From assembly GCA_963758525.1 (NCBI GenBank), contig CAVWVQ010000003.1, forward strand, positions 4,288,001-4,352,000: a DNA stretch of 64,000 nucleotides. Reading direction: 5' to 3'. The notes beneath the pieces were generated by a model. That model did no database searches, was not told the DNA's origin, and was given only the letters and a program-made list of their open reading frames with translations. Below are positions 51,742 through 61,039 of the stretch, one piece after another (position 1 is the stretch's first letter; each line of letters opens with the position of its first letter). Both the position numbers and the translations under genes were made by a program. Source of the DNA: an uncultured Phycisphaerales bacterium (GTDB lineage Bacteria > Planctomycetota > Phycisphaerae > Tepidisphaerales > Tepidisphaeraceae).

Positions 51742-53136
51742 TCAGCAGCTGCCGCACCTCGGGCGACCAAATGATTTCGAATAAATGGTAGCGAGACCCC
51801 TGCGAACGACTACTTCGTCGCCTGGGCCGTCGCCTCGGCCGATCGCGGCTTCCCATCCGCCCTTGCGCACGTACGCAACGTGCGTCCGCAAGTTATACAA
51901 CTGCTCCGCAAAGGATACGGGAAGCTTGAGCGTCCCCAGTTCTTTTTCCATCGCCGCCAATTGCTGCTGGACGCCGTCAATTTCCGCCGGCGAGGAGTTG
52001 CGGTTGAGCGTCTCTTCGAGCCGCCGCAAACGCTTGTAGCGGTGCAGGATCTTGCTCTGCATGCGCCATTTGTACGCGATCGGCATCATGCGGATCAGCG
52101 GCACCAGCACCACCAGCAACGGCACGATCAGAATCAGCGTGCGCTCGACCAGGGACGCGAGCCAGAAGGGGAGGATGCGCTGGAGGAAGTTGGGTTTGTT
52201 TTTGAGGAAGTAGAGAGCGTCTTTGTTGATCGGCAGCTCTGAGCGGTCGGCGCTGGGAAACGTGCCTGGGTCGGAGAGCAGCGTCGCGCCGCCGTTGGTT
52301 TGCTCTGCCGCGCGAACGAGAAGCTGGATGATCGCTTCATGCGTCGAATCGCGGATGGCAATTGTAGCCGGAGCGGCGATGAGCTGAACGTCGGCTTCGG
52401 GAAGATCTCGCTTGATGTCGACCACGCCCTGGTACAGCGTGATGGCTGAGAGGAACGGGTGCCGCCGGCCATACGCGCGGGCGTGATCGAAGCTCATGAG
52501 ATGGATGCCGGGTGTTTCGAGCAGACGGGCGATCAGCGGCGCATCGGGGGAGATGACATAGAACGCGGCATCGATCTGGCCGGACACGAGAGCATCGGCG
52601 GCTTTGTCGCCGCCCTCGTCGAGGAGCTTCGTATTCGCCGTGTTGTCGGAGACGCCTGCCTCATTCAGCAGCATCTGCGCCATCGCGCGCACTCCGCTTC
52701 CCTCGCCGCCGATGGCGATTTTCTTTCCGGCGAGTTGGGGCAATTCGGTGATCCGCGGCTCGCCACGGTAGAAGACCAATACTGGTTCGTAATAAATCCC
52801 TGCAACCGCCTGGATGTGCGGCCGATCCGAGGCGGGGGGCGAAGAGCCGCCCTGAACGATGGCGATGTCGACGTCCCCATGGGGAGTGTCGAGCAGCTTG
52901 AAATTGTCGAACGATCCGCCGGTTTCCCGCACTTCCAGCTCGATGCCGTTGGCAGCGAAATAGCGGGCGTACTTCTGTGCCGTCGCATAGTAGACGCCGT
53001 CTTTCGAGCCCGTCGCGATCACCACGCGATGGGGCGGGGCAGGTTTGACGAAATGCCATGCAGCCAGGAACGCCCCGATCGACAACAGCAGCACGGGAAT
53101 GCCGACGCGCAACAATTCCTGCCTTGATTCTGTCAT
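51742..53136 (-). CDS. TAXI family TRAP transporter solute-binding subunit (3' end uncertain)
   Basis: IATGS.DGVY, T.GS.DN, AIVQGG, IG.EGSG. Confidence 0.85.
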   Translation of the reverse strand: MTESRQELLRVGIPVLLLSIGAFLAAWHFVKPAPPHRVVIATGSKDGVYYATAQKYARYFAANGIELEVRETGGSFDNFKLLDTPHGDVDIAIVQGGSSPPASDRPHIQAVAGIYYEPVLVFYRGEPRITELPQLAGKKIAIGGEGSGVRAMAQMLLNEAGVSDNTANTKLLDEGGDKAADALVSGQIDAAFYVISPDAPLIARLLETPGIHLMSFDHARAYGRRHPFLSAITLYQGVVDIKRDLPEADVQLIAAPATIAIRDSTHEAIIQLLVRAAEQTNGGATLLSDPGTFPSADRSELPINKDALYFLKNKPNFLQRILPFWLASLVERTLILIVPLLVVLVPLIRMMPIAYKWRMQSKILHRYKRLRRLEETLNRNSSPAEIDGVQQQLAAMEKELGTLKLPVSFAEQLYNLRTHVAYVRKGGWEAAIGRGDGPGDEVVVRRGLATIYSKSFGRPRCGSC

Positions 53137-53340
53137 TCGATCCGAACGAGGCCGATCAGTTTTTGCATTGGACGACAACGAACTACCTCGCGCAATTTTC
53201 AAACGATCCGACCCAGGCGATCCGCTTCGCCGAGTTCGACGATTCGTTCAGGACGGCGGGATTGTAGCGAAATGGTTCGTGACAAAACAAAATTCGCGGA
53301 ACTTTCTCCACACGCCGTCGTCTACAGCACGCGGGGGAGC

Positions 53341-54560
53341 ATGACGGAGGTTCTGATGACAACCCGGCACGGATGGAGATGGATTCTGGCGACAATGATC
53401 CTTGCGGGAAGCTCCGGCCCCGCGTGGGGACGCGTCAAGCTGATCACGCTTCCGCGCGCGAACGCGTGGAGATTCAACTGGATAATCCAGGCGCAACGCT
53501 GGTGGAAGAGGAACGCATCATTCCCCTGGTGAAAGGGGAGAACCAGGTCGACTTTTCCTGGGCCAATACACAGATCGACCCAGACACGATCGTTTTCCGC
53601 GTGGTCGGAGCGGCGGGGGATCGCGGCTCTGACGTGAAGGTGCTCTCCGTCAGCTATCCGCCCGACGAGGCGGCGCTGGTCTGGTCGGTGGGGGCCTCGG
53701 CGTCGGGGCCGGCGCGGGTTCGCATCAGCTACATCCTCGGCAATCTCACGAAAAGCTTTGCCTACCGCGCAATCGCCGATCGCGATGAAACCTCGCTCTC
53801 GCTCAGCCAATACATGCGGCTGGAGAATTTTGCGAACGAGGAGTTCGGCAGCACCGGTTTATGGGCCGGCGTTGGCAAAGAGTTTCTGAAGCCGATTGGG
53901 CTGAACGAAACAAAGGAAATTCTCGTTTCGCGGTTTGCGAAAGTGCCGGTGCGAAAGACATACACATGTGATCCCGCGGAGTTCGGCTACATCGATCAGG
54001 CGGAAAATAAACTGCGGGTGCCGATGCACTACGTCCTGAAAAATGACAAGAAAGACGGCATGGGCGCCGCGCCGCTGCCGTACGGCAAGGTGCGCATTTT
54101 CATCGCTCCCGGTCCGAAGGATGCGGATCAGTCGACGACGTTTCTCGGAGAAGACTGGGGAAAGTTCACGCCGATCGATGATGAGATGAAGCTGTATCTG
54201 GGCGTGGCGCAGGACATCGTGGTTCGCCGGACGATCGAGAAGAACGAGAGGCATCGCATTGCCGGGAACCTCTCCGACCAGGAACTGACGGTGAAGTACG
54301 AGATCGAGAACTTCAAGAATCAGGCGGTCACGCTGGATGTGCAGGAGAACCTCCGCCATCTGCGCGACGAAGTGCGCGGCGACAGCGGTCGCGATGTGCA
54401 ATGGGAACTCGGCAAGTCGACCACCCTTGGCGCGCCTGACCCTGACCAGAGCACATTCGAGCAACTGCTGTTTCACGTGAAGCTGCAGCCTCGCAACGCC
54501 GACGGCAAAGCGGAGAAGGTCGTCCAGAAACTTAATATCACCCTTAAGAACGAGTGGTAA
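53341..54560 (+). CDS. DUF4139-like secreted protein (frameshift near 53460)
   Basis: PLP.GKVR, F.GED..FTP; paralogous to the next gene. Confidence 0.7.
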
Positions 54561-54563
54561 TCA

Positions 54564-56117
54564 ATGCGTAACAAAGTAGCGCCTAAAGTAGCGCCTCTCG
54601 ATGAGAGAACACCAAGTGCCGCTTCCTCTGATCCCCTCCATCCCAACCCTCCCCTGGAGTATCAGGGGAGGGGGAAGAGCTGCCGGGCCGCGCAATGGCA
54701 ATCGGTCGTTGCCGGTCTTCTCACGATTTTGCTAACGGCTCCGGCGTTCGCGCGCAACGTCGATCTGTCGACGGTTCCGAAGCGCGACAGCGTGCAACTG
54801 ACGATCTACAACAGCGAGGACATCACGCTCGTCCGCGAAACGCGCACGCTGACGTTTCGCAAAGGGGTCAATCCCCTGGAGTTTTCGTGGGCCAACACGC
54901 TGATCGACCCTACGTCGGTCGAGTTGAAGTTCATCAGCAGCCCGGAGAAGCTCGAAGTTCTCGACACCACCTTCCCGCACGACAAGCCGCAGATGCTCTA
55001 CTGGAATGTGCAGAGTGATTTCGACGGCGAAGCGACCGTTGAGATCACCTACTTCACCAGCGGCATCACCTGGAAAGCGGACTACCTCGCGATCGCCGAT
55101 CAGACCGAAACGCAAGCGAGCGTTGAAGGGTTCGTCCGCATCTTCAACCACAGCGGCGAGCAGTATGACGGCGCGCACATCCGCCTGGTGGTCGGCACAA
55201 TCAATCTCGTGCAGAAGATCGCGGAATTGGCACAGATGCCGATGGAGGAGCTGGGAAAACTGGACCAGGCCGAACGACGAAGCCTGGAGCGCGATGCCGC
55301 CAAAGACTTTCTGCGCGCCAAGGCGGAGGGCGCGGCGATGCCATCGAGCGCGCCGATGCCGGACGAGAAGCAGATCATCAAGCAGGGGCTGAGCGAGTAT
55401 TTCATTTTTTCCATCGAAGGGACGGAAACGATTCCCGACGGCTGGTCAAAACGCATGCGCAGCCTGGACGCGGCAAGCGTTCCCTTCAAAGTCACTTACC
55501 GCTATCGGCCCGCTGAATACGGCGAAGACCTCGTCCGGCTGTACCTTCTGACCAACAACAAGGAGTCGAAGCTTGGCGGGTCGCCGCTGCCCGACGGCAT
55601 CGTGCGGGTCTTCCGCGACAACGGCCGCGACGGGCTCTCATATCTGGTGACGCAGCACATCAAATACGTTCCCGTCGGCGACAAAATTGAAATGAATTTG
55701 GGTCCCGATCCGCGCGTGATGTTCGAGCTGATCAAGCTGCGGGCCTCACGCGACAACATCTGGATGCGGTTGAACGGCGCCGATATTTTTCGCCGGGTGG
55801 ATGACGGCGCGGATCTCATCGAGGTCCGCTCTTCGGTTGCCGGCTTCGATGCCCACGAGGTGTATACACAGCGTATCCGCAACTACACGGACAAGGCGAT
55901 CGACGTGGAAATTCGCCGGACGATTCCCGGCGACATCACCTTCCGGAGCAGGCTGACGCCAACGCTGCACGATTATCAAACCGTCGAGCTCAAGACGAGC
56001 GTGGAGGCGGCCAGCAAAGCGGATCTGCTCTTTGAGCTCGTTCATCACGAAGGCCGCAATGCGCATCAGAACAACGTCACGCTTGAGGTTGCCGGCGAAC
56101 CCGTTCTTCAGCGATGA
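54564..56117 (+). CDS. DUF4139 domain protein
   Basis: LTIYN.D..LVRE.R, GITWKADY, PLP.G.VRVF. Confidence 0.8.
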   Translation: MRNKVAPKVAPLDERTPSAASSDPLHPNPPLEYQGRGKSCRAAQWQSVVAGLLTILLTAPAFARNVDLSTVPKRDSVQLTIYNSEDITLVRETRTLTFRKGVNPLEFSWANTLIDPTSVELKFISSPEKLEVLDTTFPHDKPQMLYWNVQSDFDGEATVEITYFTSGITWKADYLAIADQTETQASVEGFVRIFNHSGEQYDGAHIRLVVGTINLVQKIAELAQMPMEELGKLDQAERRSLERDAAKDFLRAKAEGAAMPSSAPMPDEKQIIKQGLSEYFIFSIEGTETIPDGWSKRMRSLDAASVPFKVTYRYRPAEYGEDLVRLYLLTNNKESKLGGSPLPDGIVRVFRDNGRDGLSYLVTQHIKYVPVGDKIEMNLGPDPRVMFELIKLRASRDNIWMRLNGADIFRRVDDGADLIEVRSSVAGFDAHEVYTQRIRNYTDKAIDVEIRRTIPGDITFRSRLTPTLHDYQTVELKTSVEAASKADLLFELVHHEGRNAHQNNVTLEVAGEPVLQR

Positions 56118-56367
56118 GCCGGGCAATGTCGAAGCCATCGATGGTAAGACCCTGCACATCGCAGTCGTCGATGCGAACGCTGTTGAGGCTGACATTGCGA
56201 AATGTCGCGCCACGCAGATTGACGTCGTCGAAGCGCACCGCGGAAAGATCCGCGTTGTAGACGTTGGCGCAAGACATATCGACGTCGTCGAAGCGAACGC
56301 AGGACATCCGAACGTTGGAAAAGACTGCGGCCGCTAAGTCCGCATTTACAAACGATCTCTCAGCCAT
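56077..56367 (-). CDS. Pentapeptide repeat protein
   Basis: ADLAA/AVFSN/VRFDD/VNLRG pentads; GLTIDG tail. Confidence 0.75.
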   Translation of the reverse strand: MAERSFVNADLAAAVFSNVRMSCVRFDDVDMSCANVYNADLSAVRFDDVNLRGATFRNVSLNSVRIDDCDVQGLTIDGFDIARLIAEERVRRQPQA

Positions 56368-56600
56368 CAAGAACTCCCCGTTTCTCAGGGTCAATGTGGA
56401 TCTGCCCACGAGCAGTATAGCGACTTGTCGACTGCGGCGAGCGAGGAGTTGCCGCGGCAAATACCTGGGCATCTGCCTCATAGACTCGGTGACCTCGCGT
56501 TTGGGCTGTCCGTGTTTTAGAATGGTTCCCATCGACGACAGATCTCGCACCCGGCTGCGGACCGGGATTGTGTCTGATTGTTCAAGCGGTGGAGGTTTCG

Positions 56601-57773
56601 ATGGTGGCTGGGCGGCTGATATCCGGCGTGATTTCCTTTTCGGCGTTCACACTCGCCGCGCTGCTCGCGGCGGATGGCTATGCCGGTCCGATTGAAGCGA
56701 AGCCGTTTCCGGACGCGGAAGGAGTCATCCAATACACGCTAACCAATTCCAGGGGAGCCTCCGCTCAAATCATCAACTACGGAGCGACGGTCACGAACCT
56801 CTTCGTCCCCGACAAAGATGGAAAGATGGGCGACGTGGTTCTCGGATTCGACAACTTCAAGCAATACGAAGATCAAAGCCCCTACTTCGGAGCCGTTGTT
56901 GGAAGAGTCGGGAACCGAATCGCGCGCGGGATTTTTACGATCGAGAACGTGCGATACTGCGTGCCGGTCAACAATGGATTGAATCACCTCCACGGCGGGT
57001 TCAAGGGCTATGACAAGCGCATCTGGAACAGCGACACCGCGATGACTGCCGATGGTCCCTCCGTGCGATTCACGCTAACCGATCCCGACGGCACCGAAGG
57101 TTATCCTGGAACCGTTAAAGCAACGGTCATTTATTCTCTGACCGGCGACAACGCGCTCAAGATCCAATACTTTGCGACAACCGACAAAGCGACGCCTATT
57201 AACCTGACCAATCATTCTTACTTCAATCTGAAGGATGCGGGCAAAAGCAGCATCGGCGACCATTTGATGAAGATCTACGCCGACTCCTACACGCCGGTGG
57301 ACGACACTCTGATTCCCACGGGAGAGATCGCTCCGGTGAAGGGAACGCCGATCGATTTCACCATTCCCAAACCGATTGGCAAGGATCTCGAAGCGATGGG
57401 CGGAAAGCCGATCGGATATGACCATAATCTTGTGCTTCGCAATCAGAGCGGTTCGCTGGCGGAGGCCGTTGAGGTCTATGAGCCTGAGACCGGCCGTCTG
57501 ATGGAGGTCTGGACCACCGAGCCCGGCGTGCAATTTTATTCCGGCAATTTCCTCGATGGATCGATAAAAGGGAAAAACGGGACAGTCTACCAGCAGCACA
57601 ATGCGTTTGTTCTCGAAACCCAGCACTATCCAGATTCGATCAACCATCCGAAGTTCCCCTGCACCATTCTGCATCCCGGAGAAGTCTACCGGCAGGTGAC
57701 CGAGTATCGGTTCAGCACCCGGGAAAAGCGCCTTGGTGAACTGAAGGGTGCACGGCACTCCCGGTGCGCATAA
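56601..57773 (+). CDS. galM: Aldose 1-epimerase
   Basis: GRVGNRI, HLHGG, NLTNHSYFNL, GYDHN, LETQHYPD. Confidence 0.93.
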   Translation: MVAGRLISGVISFSAFTLAALLAADGYAGPIEAKPFPDAEGVIQYTLTNSRGASAQIINYGATVTNLFVPDKDGKMGDVVLGFDNFKQYEDQSPYFGAVVGRVGNRIARGIFTIENVRYCVPVNNGLNHLHGGFKGYDKRIWNSDTAMTADGPSVRFTLTDPDGTEGYPGTVKATVIYSLTGDNALKIQYFATTDKATPINLTNHSYFNLKDAGKSSIGDHLMKIYADSYTPVDDTLIPTGEIAPVKGTPIDFTIPKPIGKDLEAMGGKPIGYDHNLVLRNQSGSLAEAVEVYEPETGRLMEVWTTEPGVQFYSGNFLDGSIKGKNGTVYQQHNAFVLETQHYPDSINHPKFPCTILHPGEVYRQVTEYRFSTREKRLGELKGARHSRCA

Positions 57774-57811
57774 ACTGTGTGGAGAAAAACCGCCAGGAAA
57801 GGGAACTCAAT

Positions 57812-58795
57812 ATGCTTCGTCGGTCGATTCTCGCTTCGCTCTGCCTCCTCGGCCCGCTCGTCGCCGGTTGCAGCAAATCGGATGACAATTCGCCGGCAAA
57901 CGGCTCCGGTCAGCCGGGCAAACAATTAAACATCGGCTTCTCACAAGTCGGAGCGGAGGGACCTTCGCGCGCGGCCGAAACGAAATCGATTGTAAGCGAG
58001 GCGGGCAAGCGCGGATTCATCCTGAGCTTCGCCGACGCCCAGGGCGATCAGGAGAATCAGATCAAAGCGCTACAGGCGTTTCGCAGCGCCGGCGTCGACG
58101 TCATCATTCTCGCCCCAAAGACTGACAAAGGCTGGGAAGCTGCGCTCAAGGACGTAAAGACTGCCGGCATTCCTGTGGTTCTTGTCGGTCGCGATGTGGA
58201 CGTAACCGACCCATCGCTCTACGCCACGCTCATCTGTTCCGATTTCGTCGATGAGGGACGTCGTGCCGCGGAATGGCTCGTGAAGAAAACGAAGGGCAGC
58301 GCCAATATCGCCGAACTGCTCGGCGCACCGGGTGACTCGCAGGCGCTCGATCGCCAAAAGGGCTTTGAGGATGCGGTCAAACGGTTCCCCGGCATGAAAA
58401 TCGTGAAGCCGCAGAACGGAGATTCTGCGTCGACCAAGGGGAAGGATGTCATGGAAGCATTCCTCAAATCCCCGCAGGGTGCGAGCATCAATGCCGTCTA
58501 CGCCGTGGATGACGACCTGGCCCTCGGAGCCATCCCGGCGATCGAAGCCGCTGGCAAGGTGCCGGGCAAGGATATCATCATCCTCTCCATCGGCGGCACC
58601 AAAGCCGCACTGCAGGCGATTATCGACGGCAAGGTAAACTGCGTCATCGAGTGCAATCCATTGGTCGGCCCCGCGGCTTTTGATGCGATTAGCGCAGGCG
58701 TCGCCGGAAAAACTCCCGACCGTAAAATCCTCTCAAAGGACGCGCTCTTCGACGACACAAATGCGAAGGACGCGCTGGCCGGTCGAATGTATTGA
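57812..58795 (+). CDS. Sugar ABC transporter substrate-binding lipoprotein (YtfQ-like)
   Basis: Lipobox VAGC; IGFSQVGAE, SDFV.EG, ECNP..GP. Confidence 0.85.
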   Translation: MLRRSILASLCLLGPLVAGCSKSDDNSPANGSGQPGKQLNIGFSQVGAEGPSRAAETKSIVSEAGKRGFILSFADAQGDQENQIKALQAFRSAGVDVIILAPKTDKGWEAALKDVKTAGIPVVLVGRDVDVTDPSLYATLICSDFVDEGRRAAEWLVKKTKGSANIAELLGAPGDSQALDRQKGFEDAVKRFPGMKIVKPQNGDSASTKGKDVMEAFLKSPQGASINAVYAVDDDLALGAIPAIEAAGKVPGKDIIILSIGGTKAALQAIIDGKVNCVIECNPLVGPAAFDAISAGVAGKTPDRKILSKDALFDDTNAKDALAGRMY

Positions 58796-58879
58796 TCGGA
58801 CAGCCCCTCCATTTCGGGCGAAACCGCCGCTTTCTTCGCGTTTCATTTCAATCCGGCCTGATTGGCTTACAATCCCCCA

Positions 58880-60316
58880 ATGGCGTCTCCCCCAGTAGTT
58901 GCGATCGTAGGCCGGCCGAATGTCGGCAAAAGCAGTCTGCTCAATGCCCTGGTGGGCAAGCGCATCAGCATTGTGCAGGACATGCCCGGCGTCACGCGCG
59001 ACCGGATCGCGATGCCGTTGCTGATCGGGGATCGTTATATCGAATTAGTCGACACCGGGGGCTACGGCTTTGTCGATCCTGATCAGCTCACCGAGCACAT
59101 CGCCCATCAGATCGAACTGGCGGTGGCACAGGCAAAGCTCGTGCTGTTCGTCGTCGACTGCTCCGATGGGCTCACCAGCGCCGACGAGGAAATCGCGGCG
59201 ATGCTCCGAAAGAGAAACGCCAGGACGGTGCTGGTTGCCAACAAAGCCGACGGAGCCAAGAGCGACACCATCCTCGGCGAGTTCGCCCGATTGGGCCTTG
59301 GAACGCCCATCGGCGTCTCCGCGATCAACGACCGCAATATCAATCTGGTTTTCAGCGCCATCGAGCAGAATGTGGATCTTTCAGAAGCGCCGAGGGAGAT
59401 GCCCGCGCCGCAGATGATGCTTGCCATCGTCGGCAAGCGCAACGCCGGCAAGAGCACGCTGGTGAACACCATCGCCGAGCTGTACGAAGGGCACGGCGAC
59501 CGGGTGATTGTTTCAGAAATACCGGGCACCACGCGCGACAGCGTCGACGTGCGGTTCGAAAAAGAAGGCAAAACCCTCATCGTTATCGACACGGCCGGCG
59601 TGCGCAAAAAACGGCACATGGCGACCAACGACATCGAGTTTTACAGCTTCCACCGTGCCCAGCGCTCGATCCGCCGCGCGGATGTTGTGCTCATGCTGAT
59701 CGACGGAGCCGAGCCCGTGAGCGAGCCGGATAAGAAACTGGCTCAATACATCGGCGCGCAATACAAGCCGATTATCCTCGTCGTCAACAAGTGGGACATC
59801 ACGCGGGAAAAAGCGCGTGAGATGGACAAGTCCGGCGAGGTCGATGACGCGGAGCTGATGGAGAAATACCGCAAGTATCTCGACGAAGAGCTCAAGCACG
59901 TGAGTTACGCGCCGATTGCTTTCGTCACCGCCAGGGACGGCCGAAACATCCAGGGCGTCCTCGATCTCGCGCAGCATCTGTTTCATCAGGCCAATGAGCG
60001 CGTCACGACGCATAAGCTCAACACCGCGATCCGCAAGATTCTGGTGGAGAAAAAGCCGAGCACCCCGAACGGACGGATGGCGCGCATTTACTATGTCACG
60101 CAGACGCAGGTGGCCCCGCCGACCATCGTGCTTTTCGTCAACAACCCGGCATTTCTCGACGCCGCCTACCAACGATTCATGATCAATCGCATGCGCGAGA
60201 TGCTTCCGTATGGTGAAGTCCCGATCCGGCTGATCGTCCGCCAGCGCGAACGAAGAGCGGCCGCGGCGGAGGCTCCATTGGATGAGCCGGAGGAGTCACT
60301 GGATGCTGAAGGGTAG
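58880..60316 (+). CDS. der: Ribosome biogenesis GTPase Der
   Basis: Two G-domains (GRPNVGKS/DTGG/NKAD; GKRNAGKS/DTAG/NKWD) and a KH-like tail. Confidence 0.96.
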   Translation: MASPPVVAIVGRPNVGKSSLLNALVGKRISIVQDMPGVTRDRIAMPLLIGDRYIELVDTGGYGFVDPDQLTEHIAHQIELAVAQAKLVLFVVDCSDGLTSADEEIAAMLRKRNARTVLVANKADGAKSDTILGEFARLGLGTPIGVSAINDRNINLVFSAIEQNVDLSEAPREMPAPQMMLAIVGKRNAGKSTLVNTIAELYEGHGDRVIVSEIPGTTRDSVDVRFEKEGKTLIVIDTAGVRKKRHMATNDIEFYSFHRAQRSIRRADVVLMLIDGAEPVSEPDKKLAQYIGAQYKPIILVVNKWDITREKAREMDKSGEVDDAELMEKYRKYLDEELKHVSYAPIAFVTARDGRNIQGVLDLAQHLFHQANERVTTHKLNTAIRKILVEKKPSTPNGRMARIYYVTQTQVAPPTIVLFVNNPAFLDAAYQRFMINRMREMLPYGEVPIRLIVRQRERRAAAAEAPLDEPEESLDAEG

Positions 60317-60360
60317 TCGAAGGGCAACTTTTAGTGAGACCCGCTCGTCTTCATGACAGG

Positions 60361-60678
60361 TTACTTCAGGTCGTCGGGACGCGGCAGGCGACTGCCGTGT
60401 CGAAATCCGATAACCCGCACCGTGCGCGTATTCTCGTCGATCGTGAACAGAATTGAGTATTTGCCCAGAAGCGCCCTCCTCACCTCATATGGTTTGGATG
60501 CATTCTCGGCAGCGAGATTGTGGCGTCTGGGCATCTCCTCCCAGCTATCGATCACGTCCCACGCTTGCTCGAGCCAGCGTTGTGCATTCAGCGGAGACTG
60601 GCATTCGATGGCAATGTAGCGAGCCTGCGCGAGCATTGCTTCGAGCGCCGCGTCCGTAACTTCAACCGCATACTTCAT
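60361..60678 (-). CDS. RelE/ParE family toxin
   Basis: Y.V.VT..A..YIA..A.RW..MP.R..Y.ILF.I..V.V..RH. Confidence 0.85.
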   Translation of the reverse strand: MKYAVEVTDAALEAMLAQARYIAIECQSPLNAQRWLEQAWDVIDSWEEMPRRHNLAAENASKPYEVRRALLGKYSILFTIDENTRTVRVIGFRHGSRLPRPDDLK

Positions 60679-60974
60679 CGATCCAGCTTCAGCTTCAGCG
60701 CGTCGGCAATCTCGCGGATAGCCGCTTTCGCGGGTCGGGTTCGGCCGGCTTTGATGTCATCGATACTGCGATCAAGCAGCGACAGGCTCTTTGTGAGCTC
60801 GGCTTGATCCGTCAATTCATCAAAGGCCGACGCAGAGAGAACAACGGCTTCCGTCTCCCCATTGTTTGTGACAAACAGCGGGCGACCCGTGGCTTTTCTT
60901 TGGTCGAGATGATCCCGCAATCGAGTTCGGAAATCGGTGAAACTGGTAATGTCAGTACTGCGGATCACATGCAC
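60675..60974 (-). CDS. Phd/YefM family antitoxin
   Basis: SFTDFR..P..VT.NG...AVVLS; overlaps the toxin start. Confidence 0.85.
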   Translation of the reverse strand: MHVIRSTDITSFTDFRTRLRDHLDQRKATGRPLFVTNNGETEAVVLSASAFDELTDQAELTKSLSLLDRSIDDIKAGRTRPAKAAIREIADALKLKLDR

Positions 60975-60985
60975 CTCGTTGAATG

Positions 60986-61032
60986 ATGTACGTAACTCTG
61001 TACATTATTCACTCCCGGGCGGCCGCCGTCAA
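60986..61032 (-). promoter_or_regulatory. TA promoter with palindromic operator
   Basis: TTGACG-N17-AATAAT overlapping ATGTAC-N8-GTACAT. Confidence 0.65.
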
Positions 61033-61039
61033 TGTCTCG

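Noticed and set aside
59431..59457. Atypical Der G1 motif GKRNAGKST
   Set aside because: Still fits GxxxxGKS; ordinary lineage variation.
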